A stretch of DNA of 64,000 bases from the IMG/VR virus record IMGVR_UViG_3300036719_002413; one strand, written 5' to 3'. This DNA is from an uncultured virus (IMG/VR IMGVR_UViG_3300036719_002413) (lineage: Duplodnaviria > Heunggongvirae > Uroviricota > Caudoviricetes). A model generated the notes under the pieces. It made no database searches. It worked only from the letters and a program-made list of their open reading frames with translations, and was not told where the DNA came from. Both the position numbers and the translations under genes were made by a program. This document shows, in pieces, positions 33,801 to 39,681 of this stretch. Every line of letters begins with the position of its first letter. The stretch's first letter is position 1.

Positions 33801-35545
33801 ATACTTTAGGAAACTGGGCTTTACATAAAGTAACAGCTTACAGTGCTAAGCCTGCTGATACCTTTGGTTTACGTAGAGCTGGTGTACCATTAAAGTATAT
33901 TAATAACTATAATGCACATAGTCCTAATCAAACTATGCATACAGAATTAATCATGAAACTGTTTGCTAAGAACATGATAAATAAAAGATTCTATGATAAT
34001 GTATCTGCTTATGGTTTAAGTTTAGCTACTATATTTGAATCAGGTGGTTCTAAGATAGGTGCTATGAAAAACTCTGCTAATTTCTTAAGATCTTATATTG
34101 ATAATAACTTACATGAAGTTTATAATGAAGAAGAAAATAACTTAGCTTCAAACATACATAAACGTAAGAAAGTATTAGGTATAGAAGTATCTGGAGAAAG
34201 GGCATTAAGAAGCCTTATGGGATTAGCTACAATGGCTAAGCTCTCATTCTCTACATTAGGTGCTACTGTTAACTTAGTATTAAACCAGTTAAATACTGTT
34301 AAAGATGCTGTTAAAGGTAGTTTAGCTAAACGTATAGATGGTATAGAAGAGGATGACATCAACTGGTCTTTATCTACACTTACCCAAGCTTATGGTATAT
34401 ACTTCCAACACTTATATAATAAACTTACAGGTAAAGTTGATAAGCTTACCTTATTTGATGATATATATAATATAAAGCAACAGCAGTTCATTAGTGCTAA
34501 TAGTAAACAAATGTTAACTATGGCTAGAAATAAAGCTGTTGATGATAGATGGCTTTATATGACTTATGGTTTAGGTGATTCTTTAGCTAACTCATTAATC
34601 TTTATTAGTATATTAAAGAATAAGAAAATTAAAACTGCTAATGGTGAAACCAATATGTGGGATGCTTACAATGTAAAAGATGGTCAGTTGGTTTGGGAAG
34701 GTGGTACTAGAGGTGTAACTGAAAACGGTGAAGTTATTAGTGGAATGACAGCTCAAGAGCTTTTAAAATTCAAGAAGATTATGGCTAGAATTGTAGGTGA
34801 ATATGATCCTGAAATGAAACGTAAGATGGAATCTAATGCCTTCACAGCTATGTTCTTACAGTTTAAGAAGTTTATACCTAATAAGTTTGAGATGGCTTTC
34901 CAAGGAGAGTTTGAAAATGCCTCACTTGGTAAGTATATAGAAGTATTAGATCATGACAGTGGTAAGCCTATAGAAGTTGATGGTAATCCAGTATTAAGAT
35001 GGGAAGCTCAATTAGATAAAGGTATGTCCTTGTTAGCTGCTAGTGTTGCTTATAATGATGTTATCTTAAGAGGTTATAAGATGATGATGAGAGGACTTTA
35101 CTTAAATAAAGCTATGCTAAACGATTCTAAAGAGGCTGTTACTGTATGGTCTACATTATCACCAGAACAAAAACAATTAGTTTTAAATCAGTATTTAAAC
35201 TTATTTGTTTGGGTAGCTGGTACTATGGGTATTATATATGCTTATGGTGATGCTGATGATGACGACAAAGATGTTCTTAAACGTAGAAGTATAGACTTGT
35301 TAAGAGACTTAACTATTGAATTTAATATCTTAGAGATGTTGAACTTAGTTAATAAACCAACTGTAATATTACCAGCTTTATTAGAGACTGGTGAAGGTGT
35401 TGATAAATTATTCTTTAGTGGTTTATTAGAAGGAAATACTAATAGAGATGGGGACTTAGTGGGTATGAAAGGTGCTACAACTTTAATGCCTTTCTCTGTT
35501 GCTTATAACCAGTTAATTAAAGATCCTTGGTATAATAATTATTAA
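15893..35545 (+). CDS. giant virion polyprotein: SF1 helicase, two zincin motifs, crAss-type virion RNA polymerase, PD-(D/E)XK nuclease
   Basis: 6550 aa. Helicase: GYAGSGKT (19550), IIDEAG, GDPTQL, YVATSRAK. Zincins: HEAFH (23822) and HEFGH (31589). RNAP: RIPTTG, GSDFDVD (DFDVD at 28403) and AIDNVKE. Nuclease: GGTID...IIDFKTG...YQMQL (32525-32690). Confidence 0.88.
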   Translation: MRPEVLKYLLTGQTQTGVNNTLDAMQATNNVPYYSGPSPEGFTTDPGLIQDSWSQDNTLNTFLNAMASINTGSSKTQLRNLNYNKMKQMEEIYDLQDRMQKASENNDLVTAASLQDELSRAKQKAQEFDQETATKTMELEEDIKYGSGLTGLIAGGEEDIARRNKDIDLEFKLLSDMFQRDANTSAFNAFKYEFGKDFGSSFGTLGATVAAAFTPKLIKAAIARLVTAEAAGSMAPGIGNAVAAGATLAVLAGDLAVQWKARVQETEAEENDAYEEAVSLLTQDYMLKNNIQDMAELEDPKHQRELNKLSMKAHEELEGLRTKNMGLMFGDVLQSILAVTPFTKVGNIALGTNRWMRTGLKIGALTLNTNMEMNEEGSQWLFTRQYLDKVLGKDTTGLKDTTNYKDDSFLGLLSQASQLASDRFEVEKAIFGNGNSSLYTNSEFISAVNAGALAAGPMMTLPQAASIISDHYGYAKAKSYLGRAAKEQANGEYLRFKYDTYAKYIDNDKEDYFIDSIRSLSKIEGSNITPADAEKEVLRFKKAKAEFNKIDDTQYIFNLIEKYDFRGISKDDRKRAIKNSLMIGEYTEQIADLFSLKNDEINPYRAIIDEPTDNEARTKLLSKRKKLFDSLLDPEKAKNLNLNEIYDDLDIPIILKERAIARLLKENERIASGEFSKETRENNKLARLGTEAQKSGLSYKYGDQYVKNSNMVGMDNSVKGEKEYIEFLEDLEETSLLRDTDKRSNVQRMLDLEVLPQEILAYAEQVKAPITKEQNDEIVKRIGLKASEVFNKASEVEDSLGDKNKITTIDELNDLMDSAYIEDPDYYQKLKALREEYTDALKLQDRLQEANLIREPKGISTSKVDKEITFVWDRFLKEMVGEVDKANTDSDYLDDSVIAALEKKLKWLKEVLIEEKQLYTNPDKKISVELKNAIEQLEQDLANARKAIRARLADKELAQEESYTIATTNTLIPMGITYTPSTDKDAVVKFNLPLTDAIKDALKIFIDSVLVQDATGKYYLHHSYAIAMNEFVYSSMTDPNDPVKYWNQLIDFRNAKIDDLYLYCKTKFEDLNLYGTPFHLDKALLAKDPETFLTQYLLSVYRSTFLDISHPISQYINTKDITIINKASDDSLINPEDGTESTQQIADLRNLFYMLNVVKNIPGNYNNPAVNTKDMLLSEVNLFSTITEYIPTKQQLVTLRELVNWYKGNPLTGPVAVVLGYAGSGKTQVVTKLLLKLLNIDSTKIVSLAPTKSSNKNLAIALGKSDPNDANPLETFLNTDSQVLADSPIIIIDEAGLLSDEQLDKINRKILEAQAINPAVKVVMMGDPTQLSTLTIPPFIAQPIGEYPSKEFMSPLTITYRTDDIDIIRTQKEYRNKVSVVDKVTTALTSDKANGSFGVNSKVDLYNMLIANRGKGRHQLVIVNSAKEVQEVTKELADLGVTNVDVLEIHEAQSHTVDEVYVMLTPTGKLAPRHDGTVAMFNKAMYVATSRAKNLVVIHSPTTKFTNDNKTLIAAEQRKAPTKDEISNFVGELQKQYDNISNSNLNANLKAAVVKPAANDPAQTNSANPTNPKPADPDNEGIVADDDMDQDNDTVDLAREELNKPEDFPIENTQEPQVIINTHNLKYPQYFSIKDKDKKITTGSQVQYVKYWDKANNRAGLAIIAQGADGSWYLIGVIGKDDINEIGKYKLPKEVVDAITSPEFQTRDADDIEWSEFKGKEGKLTTDLGDKNPPLLVGQIGNATPKFFKWGPLKDFREFLDTMYVKIMSTYYSDSGNLESFNPIDDKYNWELKIYNNAEIIKQGLNPRVVRPGVPYQVIKITHKSGKEEVLYVPLTTRRLNLNLDSSVNELRGFLNNIKDIHKILSVLDGDTKIRWGGLKVVPGYDYVNKSTGKTIGRTQAEIFSKLLNPKSEISKKVIEELTRKGVDIATYNNLIKSIRTGLFNPLALHEYGYDPNNAVINDEGTDEDFMSKYFITGDKGSRRAVEGPVKLGENSYTAHPTLKGFYLIEKGNKGLKVWRKVYNFKGLHIKIDIPVDKDLATGKERMPVYEIHSQEFIDQNGGKRNYKRILDGGTKVESGIIHNMDIDPSQYVEELVIDGLINERGNHGPAAKAFDSIARANSSVFIGDKRIYLRQTKQEYKDGVATGHKYFSGLNLLYNPGNGTKAHYIHSHRPTKGEPSAVTVVEELDPITEEVLDALVGDNAFDNNGDSMVNSGFGLRLPMHTKTVNRFPTETEQGYKQRIQDDLIDDFETSLMGIEPTSITINNVKPPIKETQPIESKKADIERRRQEELIKEVRGYDYEIKYRPDVAARYDKALQNWIDIADITIEGRKKGLYSNPEANKGYVDSREENIEAKRKYLEINAKYDAELAALEGGVSTDAKADIEKRRQEISSFFNKNDYTTEVTLENDEYTLKVYDKKSTFSNVPIFKFQGNIIDIDGKKYINVYEVSTKKEYQNKKIATNSYKYILENLPSGVKGLYSFSEMRKGVMVPNIYKTLSKDYTVTTDSKGNILVNYDAELAALEQSIPNDVAHVPQDPRPANDFAADGNDIDLSWDDDTDSFDWTVRDTTTPTNWVTPSLVRQAASEIFGKDFASDPDKLLFLSKAEMIRRFGKDVWGRYEKGVIYLMTNAQGEASIDVLRHEAFHRVTHAYFNAEQRKEIYKLAIQANPLLKDKTNRDIEEWLADSFMSYLRQPNFVSRLLHSFFRKIKSIFNIQLSAQDKIESFFDRIQKGNFTYETANEAVEGTGLNKLLIHAWFGTPERQYKDSADNYNLAQVAILKSLASKISPDSPRNDQSNGIAMSIRTGANGKVYYNGATMTPEDAKFAVYADLKDQFNNLKDKAPIWLKILVGGITEKEVKRANMIYNNVYDYLVQSTDSINLDNSDETFGDDPSLKDEIEESWRINYESQLLASVKNLMSALFIKQYDAEGNVLLKEYIPRRTVFYISLKLLKGIENFDMNAIQAMSLNATKLGWKDDSGDPKVGRVYDFLVDIIRRAENDKYTSEVTTEVKNGVSRLRYKKAFLPSNLKITQRGFKDGGLYYNNNLVVGTIKGVDYKFTRRDANGVKDANANNYIKRLVAMTLALDEPLLFDIQGQLVPSNKFTEQQLANMYATLLAREEARNLSAGIQAGISSLVERHPYMGLTDVILEEAEDPNSREKPIVTLKTRYIPNSVLGGEQAVKLSIEDGILSVLRDDPQGAIIRQAQSLLELVNKSTDVKANKISTNRETVSKVFNMLGLGKFKIFNLTPIQNEIIINALNGILNNIIGFVDKKESLEAIEDALANDNNNRIKEIMDTLAISQGFGENSRYLDSKNRSSYKFVKGSFLTRMFEKFRRNLDETGETGFKRPDHIDPESIGYKLYYKYNPFLRSKGRVIRELITQEALKQRYKNNVMFEDADTATPYKNEGISGWVVRTLVFGFYSTMLKSDKNPTYIQSPYTPSNKPQNMSFRIPASNIKTMREDIKSAILQQVERYRWYETLAKDHNIFIKGIPLKVQVLENGTYKYVWTGKLKGGFTYLADNKVLDQESLERVVDKVIDDLDTRAYKFYERIVNNNALVAKLKRGLGDKNYIEPYEAKSFISYLERVGLLDDAKIDSLTKIFNKNYKYNASSKYSPEIDREYNLNLYIIIAEAFKQNYVNGHFLNQFQMSDRSLYANPTTQVKRASGGISPGDSPKVDTSKSGNGMVDNFNIIVASDQHAVFNIYTDVAKAYNGLYGLQIDKTDAQMYYLPKWKEELEKGYGYEYGIKGVLKPVLYFIDKYGVTRFSKNSGIELSDSLCARFPELADLRKDMEDNNIMEFHHSSAFKVGAPARLLKNGESISDHIATTTRQNGNGIINVPSKYYSIQSNPASSEGDVTNFSQLTYFLNVNKLNTEATKMVYDIDALIMRTNFNAYLRKLGKYVGNKFEINEDKVRNVLAEAVSGMAGYERFEEFIRAKDGRGNYLISLNFPALRNRVEISLMSGAANNSVKSIVGSGNKLVLQADRGVSVFRIGGQVKLFNDLTESEKKSFDAFKLLPYHVKEVLKLKVNSYYLNNNSYTHWESHKDMTMEYTALSDSEKELIDTLNTDRMLIPTRLNMVSDNSTMDGRIAEVIAPAWWKQYMKAKGSEVDTGDIVLVDDFLTRFAFGVRIPTTGIHSAVPFKIVGFTDSKSNILVAPMELVALHGSDFDVDSLFAIHVEVLVDPKSSLKKTGVRKMIELKDLNGNVIIKEGQRLGWDADINFDSFSMMMASQKATESTFNSVEFDRQIGLIKSLIDSINRNISDNEDAEALKELKSHLKLAESAYVKTLQNKRNFLISWILLRKQNRYDMMQPITFNAVKEDFFDPNETLYHPTSPIDIFGDDGKLTPEFLVELEKGTSTERVISKFKEWGVTADNIQLDVDNNRLNLSDELRNTILADKDISVKMLLKVINNKIDFDVLKDLNDMNDNLQYYLDNFSGVSLTGAFANFVKALSYIYFSTPVGAKFVYNKNSENAKPLDISFNDKVYGSIAEREDRPNGRKIWELLDTLINGAIDNVKEQVLAILNATNNTGATLATMVSLGIPMTDIVSFLRQPVIMKDTARLGTFDVNYTLGELQNIKKSIEAKLQGLGVDTKTIKDDTITSKELQDVLALVGYDSMVSWEGLPKEAIITQYKVLIAYTKLFPIAQKISKTADATNIIRDFPVTEEEIAKVQDNLETISKDSGIEGGSIFDITHIKESKQIFEETLEVREQVLPQRSKAWKERLAGFVNKYLNSNRTSNEDLIHVSREFELYSLSSLTSYDEQDLKWKEPVKITNKVNPDRSFYLYGVDAWIQNFAETLKEYKAKYPDNEFLKLLEPKINNIGTYKGANGEIRIYWVLGSVQQEPGRIATIQVSFMELPEEFQLALLKFSTLSTGLEFGFRGFSTLILPSLLGKANAVYNQFNTAMFNDEAFNNLSDHFILPFLLRNQDYVRSASAVFKNSGHIYTRNNAKFNGLLGGRERKNIDAIVYFGDDRETVVNKETGEEMKVKSSTPPLFFKFSNYPASLLYRVDMDETAKTAYYVKVANLKDNQLYKFYSARPDLLAGKAYSLKEAFSNKGNVFSVTPLDFNNDTIETTLKFVTDEKLPAVGDVIQVKSMLDIHNEVLIPYQVNSVKTSDASEQIISTGSGENTVNNNFKVYGSVEVNLTKQKASEQRNVKDSNKVVGSRVVNKLLSKLASKLKFEYEVLDFTNSELVKSLGLNPDIYGFFHNGKVYINSNKYSLETPIHEFGHGLLIMIKSKNKLLYDNLKRNILDSPILAEIKLSYPDLSLEDQIDEAIVTAIGRYGVGLTSGWTNTLISAVKRVYQAIMRVIGLYKPTNITELDPQTSISKLAELMLNGPEFSDTISNVQGTSELRYLNNNYTITKQTGIEGDTGYTVVSSTGRSVVLDRVSTFLGNFLSYNRKLTQAEVMAKKYYGKVNTLLGRPVQHPDGTGTLVTYEELLDYFTKIGERSRITGKIIHKIIQMYTVGNSDPQFQKFGQEKADLLQQYITLGGKDSDFNWIEGNDTYLTALMERLNIQPTDKIHSEFLVYNEQLNLGGTIDMLIEHADGTFSIIDFKTGKSFNPNEDFGEMKYAERTGMLFNSTNNYQMQLGTYALLVKSLYPNARFRNITLVNLNKHTTTPALLEVDRSSVLLNLASYFTHNPNDFIKTNSYLLNHKEYVAISTNVSDRINEELKKGAASVFAAKEIVLQRLYEQLDTLQRSGGKDKQPLTDAYINSNPLVKKQLESLILQISELEGAEFGSMTDVNSDIDIKETYTSVGFNVKNPLLKTFMKLRTRALQLISETRSKLFRESDSLLKDVLKEYYGNNFLSMIGGKIGLNMLNYEKAFKFMWDTSEGDGMTIKTETSTDWALLSTAQKKYNVFYRDSIRDMLFSTLSTTRGLKYYKNKLDNVDSDLLIGLFTKQELAAKYQAKIDMYLDMEPVEKWEAELGKYFVYTEDFTPRLPKLTGEYSITETKEIINTLGNWALHKVTAYSAKPADTFGLRRAGVPLKYINNYNAHSPNQTMHTELIMKLFAKNMINKRFYDNVSAYGLSLATIFESGGSKIGAMKNSANFLRSYIDNNLHEVYNEEENNLASNIHKRKKVLGIEVSGERALRSLMGLATMAKLSFSTLGATVNLVLNQLNTVKDAVKGSLAKRIDGIEEDDINWSLSTLTQAYGIYFQHLYNKLTGKVDKLTLFDDIYNIKQQQFISANSKQMLTMARNKAVDDRWLYMTYGLGDSLANSLIFISILKNKKIKTANGETNMWDAYNVKDGQLVWEGGTRGVTENGEVISGMTAQELLKFKKIMARIVGEYDPEMKRKMESNAFTAMFLQFKKFIPNKFEMAFQGEFENASLGKYIEVLDHDSGKPIEVDGNPVLRWEAQLDKGMSLLAASVAYNDVILRGYKMMMRGLYLNKAMLNDSKEAVTVWSTLSPEQKQLVLNQYLNLFVWVAGTMGIIYAYGDADDDDKDVLKRRSIDLLRDLTIEFNILEMLNLVNKPTVILPALLETGEGVDKLFFSGLLEGNTNRDGDLVGMKGATTLMPFSVAYNQLIKDPWYNNY
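22739..22767 (+). repeat. cassette left repeat A, copy 1 (KADIERRRQE)
   Basis: aaagctgatatagaaagaagaagacaaga, 28/29 identical to 23042-23070. Confidence 0.9.
22994..23020 (+). repeat. cassette right repeat B, copy 1 (YDAELAALE)
   Basis: tatgatgcagaattagctgctttagaa, 26/27 identical to 23444-23470. Confidence 0.9.
23042..23070 (+). repeat. cassette left repeat A, copy 2 (KADIEKRRQE)
   Basis: aaagctgatatagaaaaaagaagacaaga, second copy of repeat A. Confidence 0.9.
23444..23470 (+). repeat. cassette right repeat B, copy 2 (YDAELAALE)
   Basis: tatgatgcagaactagctgctttagaa, second copy of repeat B. Confidence 0.9.
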
Positions 35546-35559
35546 TAATAACAGCTTAC

Positions 35560-35601
35560 AAAAAAATAGGGGAAGTAGAATTAATCTACCTCCCCTTTTT
35601 T
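35560..35601. terminator. bidirectional intrinsic terminator between the convergent gene blocks
   Basis: A-tract, stem AGGGGAAGTAGA / TCTACCTCCCCT with one mismatch, then a T-tract, located between converging stop codons. Confidence 0.85.
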
Positions 35602-35635
35602 GTGTGTGTATTATTTGAACTAACTATTTTATTAT

Positions 35636-36859
35636 TTACATTTGAATATTATTACCTGCTTCTGCAGCTTGTTGTGCAATCATATTATTAAGCGCTTCCT
35701 CGTCTAATAAAGCTTGGTGGTGTGCATTCTCTGCTGCAGCGAGTTCAGCTTCATGGTCCCATATTACATTTATATGATTACCCATACCATGACCAAAATG
35801 AATATTAGGTTCTTGCGGTACAGGTATATCTTGTATAAACCCAGGTTCACCATTTAAAGTAGTACCCTTTCTTCTAGATTTAGCTACTTTAATCTCCTCT
35901 TTAGTAGGTTCTTTAGTTTTAATAAATATTCTTGATTGATATCCTTTTAAATAATAAGGATTTCGATCAGTCATTTGTTTATAAGTACTTTCAACCTTAC
36001 TTAAAAATGAAGCTTTATTATCAATCTTATTGTATAAGTTTAGTAATTCTTCTTGAGTTAGATTTTTATCTTCCTGATAAATTAAAAAGTCAGCATATCT
36101 TACAGGATTGTTTACTTTAAAAGTATTTAAACAATATACATTATAAGATTTATTTATGTAAGAACTTGTAATAAGATCGAAATAACCTAAAGCCTCATTA
36201 TGGTAAGACTTTAAAGGAACGTGTAACTTTAAATTACAATATGGGTTCTCTACAAAGATACTAGAACAACTAGTCTCAAAATAATTACCATCATACATAT
36301 GCTTATATGGATTATTATTATTAAGCATTACTGGCATTGTTTCTAAATCTTCTACTTGAGGTAATTTTTTATTAATTGGTATCTTTTGTAATGAGTCTAA
36401 CTTATAACTTATTCTAAACATATTACATATATGATCTATAAAAGACTTATCAAGGATAACTAACTTATAATTTTTTAAGTCATTTCCTCCTATATTATTT
36501 ACATATGTAGTTTCTTTCCTACTAGGATCTACTATACCAAACTTATTTAAGTAAAAAGCATAAAATATCTTATTTAAATAAGAATGAAACATATTTTCAT
36601 AACATTTTACTATGGTAGTATAATTATTCATATGTTCTCCTAAAGTAGATCCACTACCTTTAACTAAATCATATGACGGGAATTTAACAAAATACTTTGT
36701 GAAATCACATAAATATTCTATCTCAAAATTATCATATAAAAGGTCTAAAAAGTCTTGGTAAATATTCTCTATAATATTAGATAAATTAATTAGGTTAGCA
36801 GCATTATGCTCTTCACTTTTTATGCCTTCTGATAATAATAAATCATGATTTTTTAACAT
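35636..36859 (-). CDS. hypothetical protein
   Basis: Long ORF; the likely start is MLKNH at 36859, overlapping the RNR stop. Confidence 0.65.
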   Translation of the reverse strand: MLKNHDLLLSEGIKSEEHNAANLINLSNIIENIYQDFLDLLYDNFEIEYLCDFTKYFVKFPSYDLVKGSGSTLGEHMNNYTTIVKCYENMFHSYLNKIFYAFYLNKFGIVDPSRKETTYVNNIGGNDLKNYKLVILDKSFIDHICNMFRISYKLDSLQKIPINKKLPQVEDLETMPVMLNNNNPYKHMYDGNYFETSCSSIFVENPYCNLKLHVPLKSYHNEALGYFDLITSSYINKSYNVYCLNTFKVNNPVRYADFLIYQEDKNLTQEELLNLYNKIDNKASFLSKVESTYKQMTDRNPYYLKGYQSRIFIKTKEPTKEEIKVAKSRRKGTTLNGEPGFIQDIPVPQEPNIHFGHGMGNHINVIWDHEAELAAAENAHHQALLDEEALNNMIAQQAAEAGNNIQM

Positions 36860-38700
36860 ACTCCTCCAGCACAAGCTATTTCTTGTGCAAATTTTGTTTC
36901 ATCTTCTTCCTCTACTAATAATGTAAAATCTATATCTTCTGGTATTTTAGATAACATTTCATGATATGTCTTTTCATCTATATCTTCAAATGGTGTTTCT
37001 TTATAAGTACCACCATCAAAAGGTAAGATAGCCATACCATTAAATATATCTCTATTTTCCCACATCCAAGATTTTACTTCATCCCATTCACCATCTTTTA
37101 CTGTAATAGTTGTGCTAACATTATGAGTATTGGCACCATTAATATGACCAGGTTTAACCCAGTTCATAGTAAAATGTTTAACTCTTTCAAGTAATGATGT
37201 TGCGGTTTCATTATGTCTAGTAACAGCACCTGTTGGAGCTTTACATGGTATTTCAACACAATAAGAACCTGGTAATCTAACTAATGGTTTAATTAGTTGA
37301 GGATAATTTTTTGATAAGAATTCAACTAATGGGTTGTTACCCGATAGTTCCATTCTTCTAATATAATAATCACTATGCCACGCATGTATGCCTGAACTAG
37401 TACCTAATACACATGATGTAGTACCACTAGGTTTAACGCATGTTAATCTAGCTGCTTGGTTTATACCTATTATGGTTGAAACCTCTAGATTAACTTCTTT
37501 AGCTAAATTAGCTAAACTTTCTAAGTTATACTTCTCAGCTTCTTTAGATGCTATACCAGTTTGTCCTAAACCTAGCAAAGCGTCCTTTTCAGTAGTTCTC
37601 TGCCATATAGGTCTAAGGTAATGGAAGTTAGTGAAGCCTGCTTGTAAGGTACCTAAGAATGCAGCAGCTCTAACTCTAGCTTGAAAGTCTTCTAAATCTA
37701 CTATATCACTAACATTTATCTCACAAAGATTACAGAATTGATATGGTCTAAGACCTATTTCAACACATGGGTTAGTTCCCCATCTTGAATCATTTGTAAG
37801 ATAAATACCAGGTTCACCAGATTTATTAGTTTCTATTAGAGACCAGTATTCATCAAACTCACTCTTTTGAATTCTGTTCCTAATAATAATAGCTGAGTTA
37901 TTAGCTCTACCTCTTTGCGGGTTTAACTCCCACCAGTTTCCTGACTTACAGGTCTTCATCTTCATATCATCGAAACTAAACAGAGCAATCATAGCTGCTC
38001 TTCTAATTCCACCTGCTAATACAGCATCTGCTATGTAGCATAATATATCATGTGCTTCTATAGGTTCTAATTTAGAACCATTCTCTTTAGAGTTTAGTAC
38101 TTCTTGAATAAGAAATAAACATCTCTTTAAGGGATCTGGTCCTGGAGCTTTACCTCCTGAGGTTACTAGCCTAGTACCTTTTTTTCTAATATCACTAAAA
38201 TCAAAGATGGGTAAAGAGTTTGAGTATCCTGTATAAGATTTTAATAAAACCTTTACAGCATCAGCCCAACCCTCTATACTATCTTGTACTAAATACCTTC
38301 TTTTTAAAGTAGGCTTTATTATGTTTGGTAATTTTTCGATGTCACTATATTGTACACTATATCCTACCCCAGTTCCTCCTAAAAGTAAGAACATGGTTTC
38401 TGAGAAGGAATAGATAGAGTCAATAGGTAAGTAAGCACAGTTGTAAATTCTACTAGGATTACGTGTAGCAGCATCTCCAGCGAACTGAAGTGCTCTCATT
38501 GATGGTAATACCTTTTTAGCTCTTACTAAGTGCATATGATGTACTATTTCCCTACTGAGCATAGGGTATTTTTCTATCATCATATTTTCATACCTATTAC
38601 ATATTTCTTCCCAAGTTTCCCTACGCTTGAGGGATGGTATATACTTAGAGTACTTATCAAAAATGTTTAATTGAGAAAGTAGTTTTAATCCTTTATCCAT
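36853..38700 (-). CDS. nrdJ: class II (adenosylcobalamin-dependent) monomeric-type ribonucleotide reductase
   Basis: Motifs LPSMRAL, YNCAY, GGTGVG, GGIRRAA, TNPCVEI, FCNLCE, CVKPSGT and C-terminal CAGGVC; no small subunit gene nearby. Confidence 0.9.
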   Translation of the reverse strand: MDKGLKLLSQLNIFDKYSKYIPSLKRRETWEEICNRYENMMIEKYPMLSREIVHHMHLVRAKKVLPSMRALQFAGDAATRNPSRIYNCAYLPIDSIYSFSETMFLLLGGTGVGYSVQYSDIEKLPNIIKPTLKRRYLVQDSIEGWADAVKVLLKSYTGYSNSLPIFDFSDIRKKGTRLVTSGGKAPGPDPLKRCLFLIQEVLNSKENGSKLEPIEAHDILCYIADAVLAGGIRRAAMIALFSFDDMKMKTCKSGNWWELNPQRGRANNSAIIIRNRIQKSEFDEYWSLIETNKSGEPGIYLTNDSRWGTNPCVEIGLRPYQFCNLCEINVSDIVDLEDFQARVRAAAFLGTLQAGFTNFHYLRPIWQRTTEKDALLGLGQTGIASKEAEKYNLESLANLAKEVNLEVSTIIGINQAARLTCVKPSGTTSCVLGTSSGIHAWHSDYYIRRMELSGNNPLVEFLSKNYPQLIKPLVRLPGSYCVEIPCKAPTGAVTRHNETATSLLERVKHFTMNWVKPGHINGANTHNVSTTITVKDGEWDEVKSWMWENRDIFNGMAILPFDGGTYKETPFEDIDEKTYHEMLSKIPEDIDFTLLVEEEDETKFAQEIACAGGVC

Positions 38701-38736
38701 AAAGAAAAGCAGGGGAGATTAAATTTTCTCCCCTGT
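38701..38736 (-). terminator. intrinsic terminator-like hairpin directly upstream of nrdJ
   Basis: The minus strand reads CAGGGGAGA-AAATTTAA-TCTCCCCTG-CTTTTCTTT-ATG. Confidence 0.65.
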
Positions 38737-39321
38737 TAAAGTTAAATTTAAATTGAAATCTGTTTGAAACCTAAGTGGGTCGAATATCTCTTGGTTTAAA
38801 TCTAGCGCATCATCATACTCATTATCAACTGGTACAGTTACTTGTCCAAGTGGAGTACCATCGTCATGAGTACTGAGATACTGTTCTAACCATTGTCTCC
38901 TACCCTCTGTTTTATATAATATACCATGTGTTTTAGATCTTACATCTAAATGGTGATAAGCTTTAATTGTTTTCTTTGCTTCTTCTGATAGTTTAGAATA
39001 CTTAGAATCTTTAAATTGTAAATAATCTTTCTCCCACTTCTCTCCAACTTTAAATATGAACATCACATAGTTCTTATCTACGTGATAACGGTTGTAAAAA
39101 TCTGGGGAAGATGAAAATTCTCTCTGTAATTTCTCATCTATAGGGTCAGCATGAAACTCAAATAATAAAAAAATATGATTGTTTAATTCAGGCATAGTTG
39201 CTTCTCCACAAAAAGCATCAATACAGTATTCCTTTACTAACTTTTGAGAAATGTTAAGTAATGGAAGCATGTAAATAAACGTTTTAGATACATTTGTATT
39301 TGATGAAAGACTCTTTCGCAT
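38719..39321 (-). CDS. hypothetical phage protein
   Basis: 200-aa ORF within the operon. Confidence 0.7.
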   Translation of the reverse strand: MRKSLSSNTNVSKTFIYMLPLLNISQKLVKEYCIDAFCGEATMPELNNHIFLLFEFHADPIDEKLQREFSSSPDFYNRYHVDKNYVMFIFKVGEKWEKDYLQFKDSKYSKLSEEAKKTIKAYHHLDVRSKTHGILYKTEGRRQWLEQYLSTHDDGTPLGQVTVPVDNEYDDALDLNQEIFDPLRFQTDFNLNLTLTGEKI

Positions 39322-39324
39322 ATA

Positions 39325-39681
39325 CTATTCTTTTATAAAAATTTGCATTTCAGTATCTTTATCTGGGGAAATAGCTCTTTCCGAATCAAACTTTTCAGGA
39401 AATCTGATCTTTAGCTTGTCACAATTCTTCTGTAATATTACACTGATATCCATCTTATTAAATCTTATAAATTCACTAAGATAGAATAGTAAATCACCTG
39501 TCTCATCCATAAGTTGTTCTTGTGAGAATAATTTCCCATAAGCCATTTTCTTTTTGAACAGGTCTGTAATCTCTCCTAATTCTGTTACCATACCAAATAG
39601 GGTGTGGTTTATATTTTTTTCTGTATCATGTAGATCAGCCATAGTACGGCTGGTCTTAGTACTAAATTCTTCAAAAGTCAT
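39325..39681 (-). CDS. MazG-like nucleotide pyrophosphohydrolase
   Basis: Motifs GMVTELGEITD, DETGDLLFY and N..KL..RFP. Confidence 0.85.
   Translation of the reverse strand: MTFEEFSTKTSRTMADLHDTEKNINHTLFGMVTELGEITDLFKKKMAYGKLFSQEQLMDETGDLLFYLSEFIRFNKMDISVILQKNCDKLKIRFPEKFDSERAISPDKDTEMQIFIKE

Noticed and set aside
11979..34362. Short minus-strand ORFs within the cargo and giant genes (e.g. 16267, 19552, 25315, 28897, 31234)
   Set aside because: They are antisense shadows of long + strand genes, with Ser/Leu/Ile-rich translations and no motifs.
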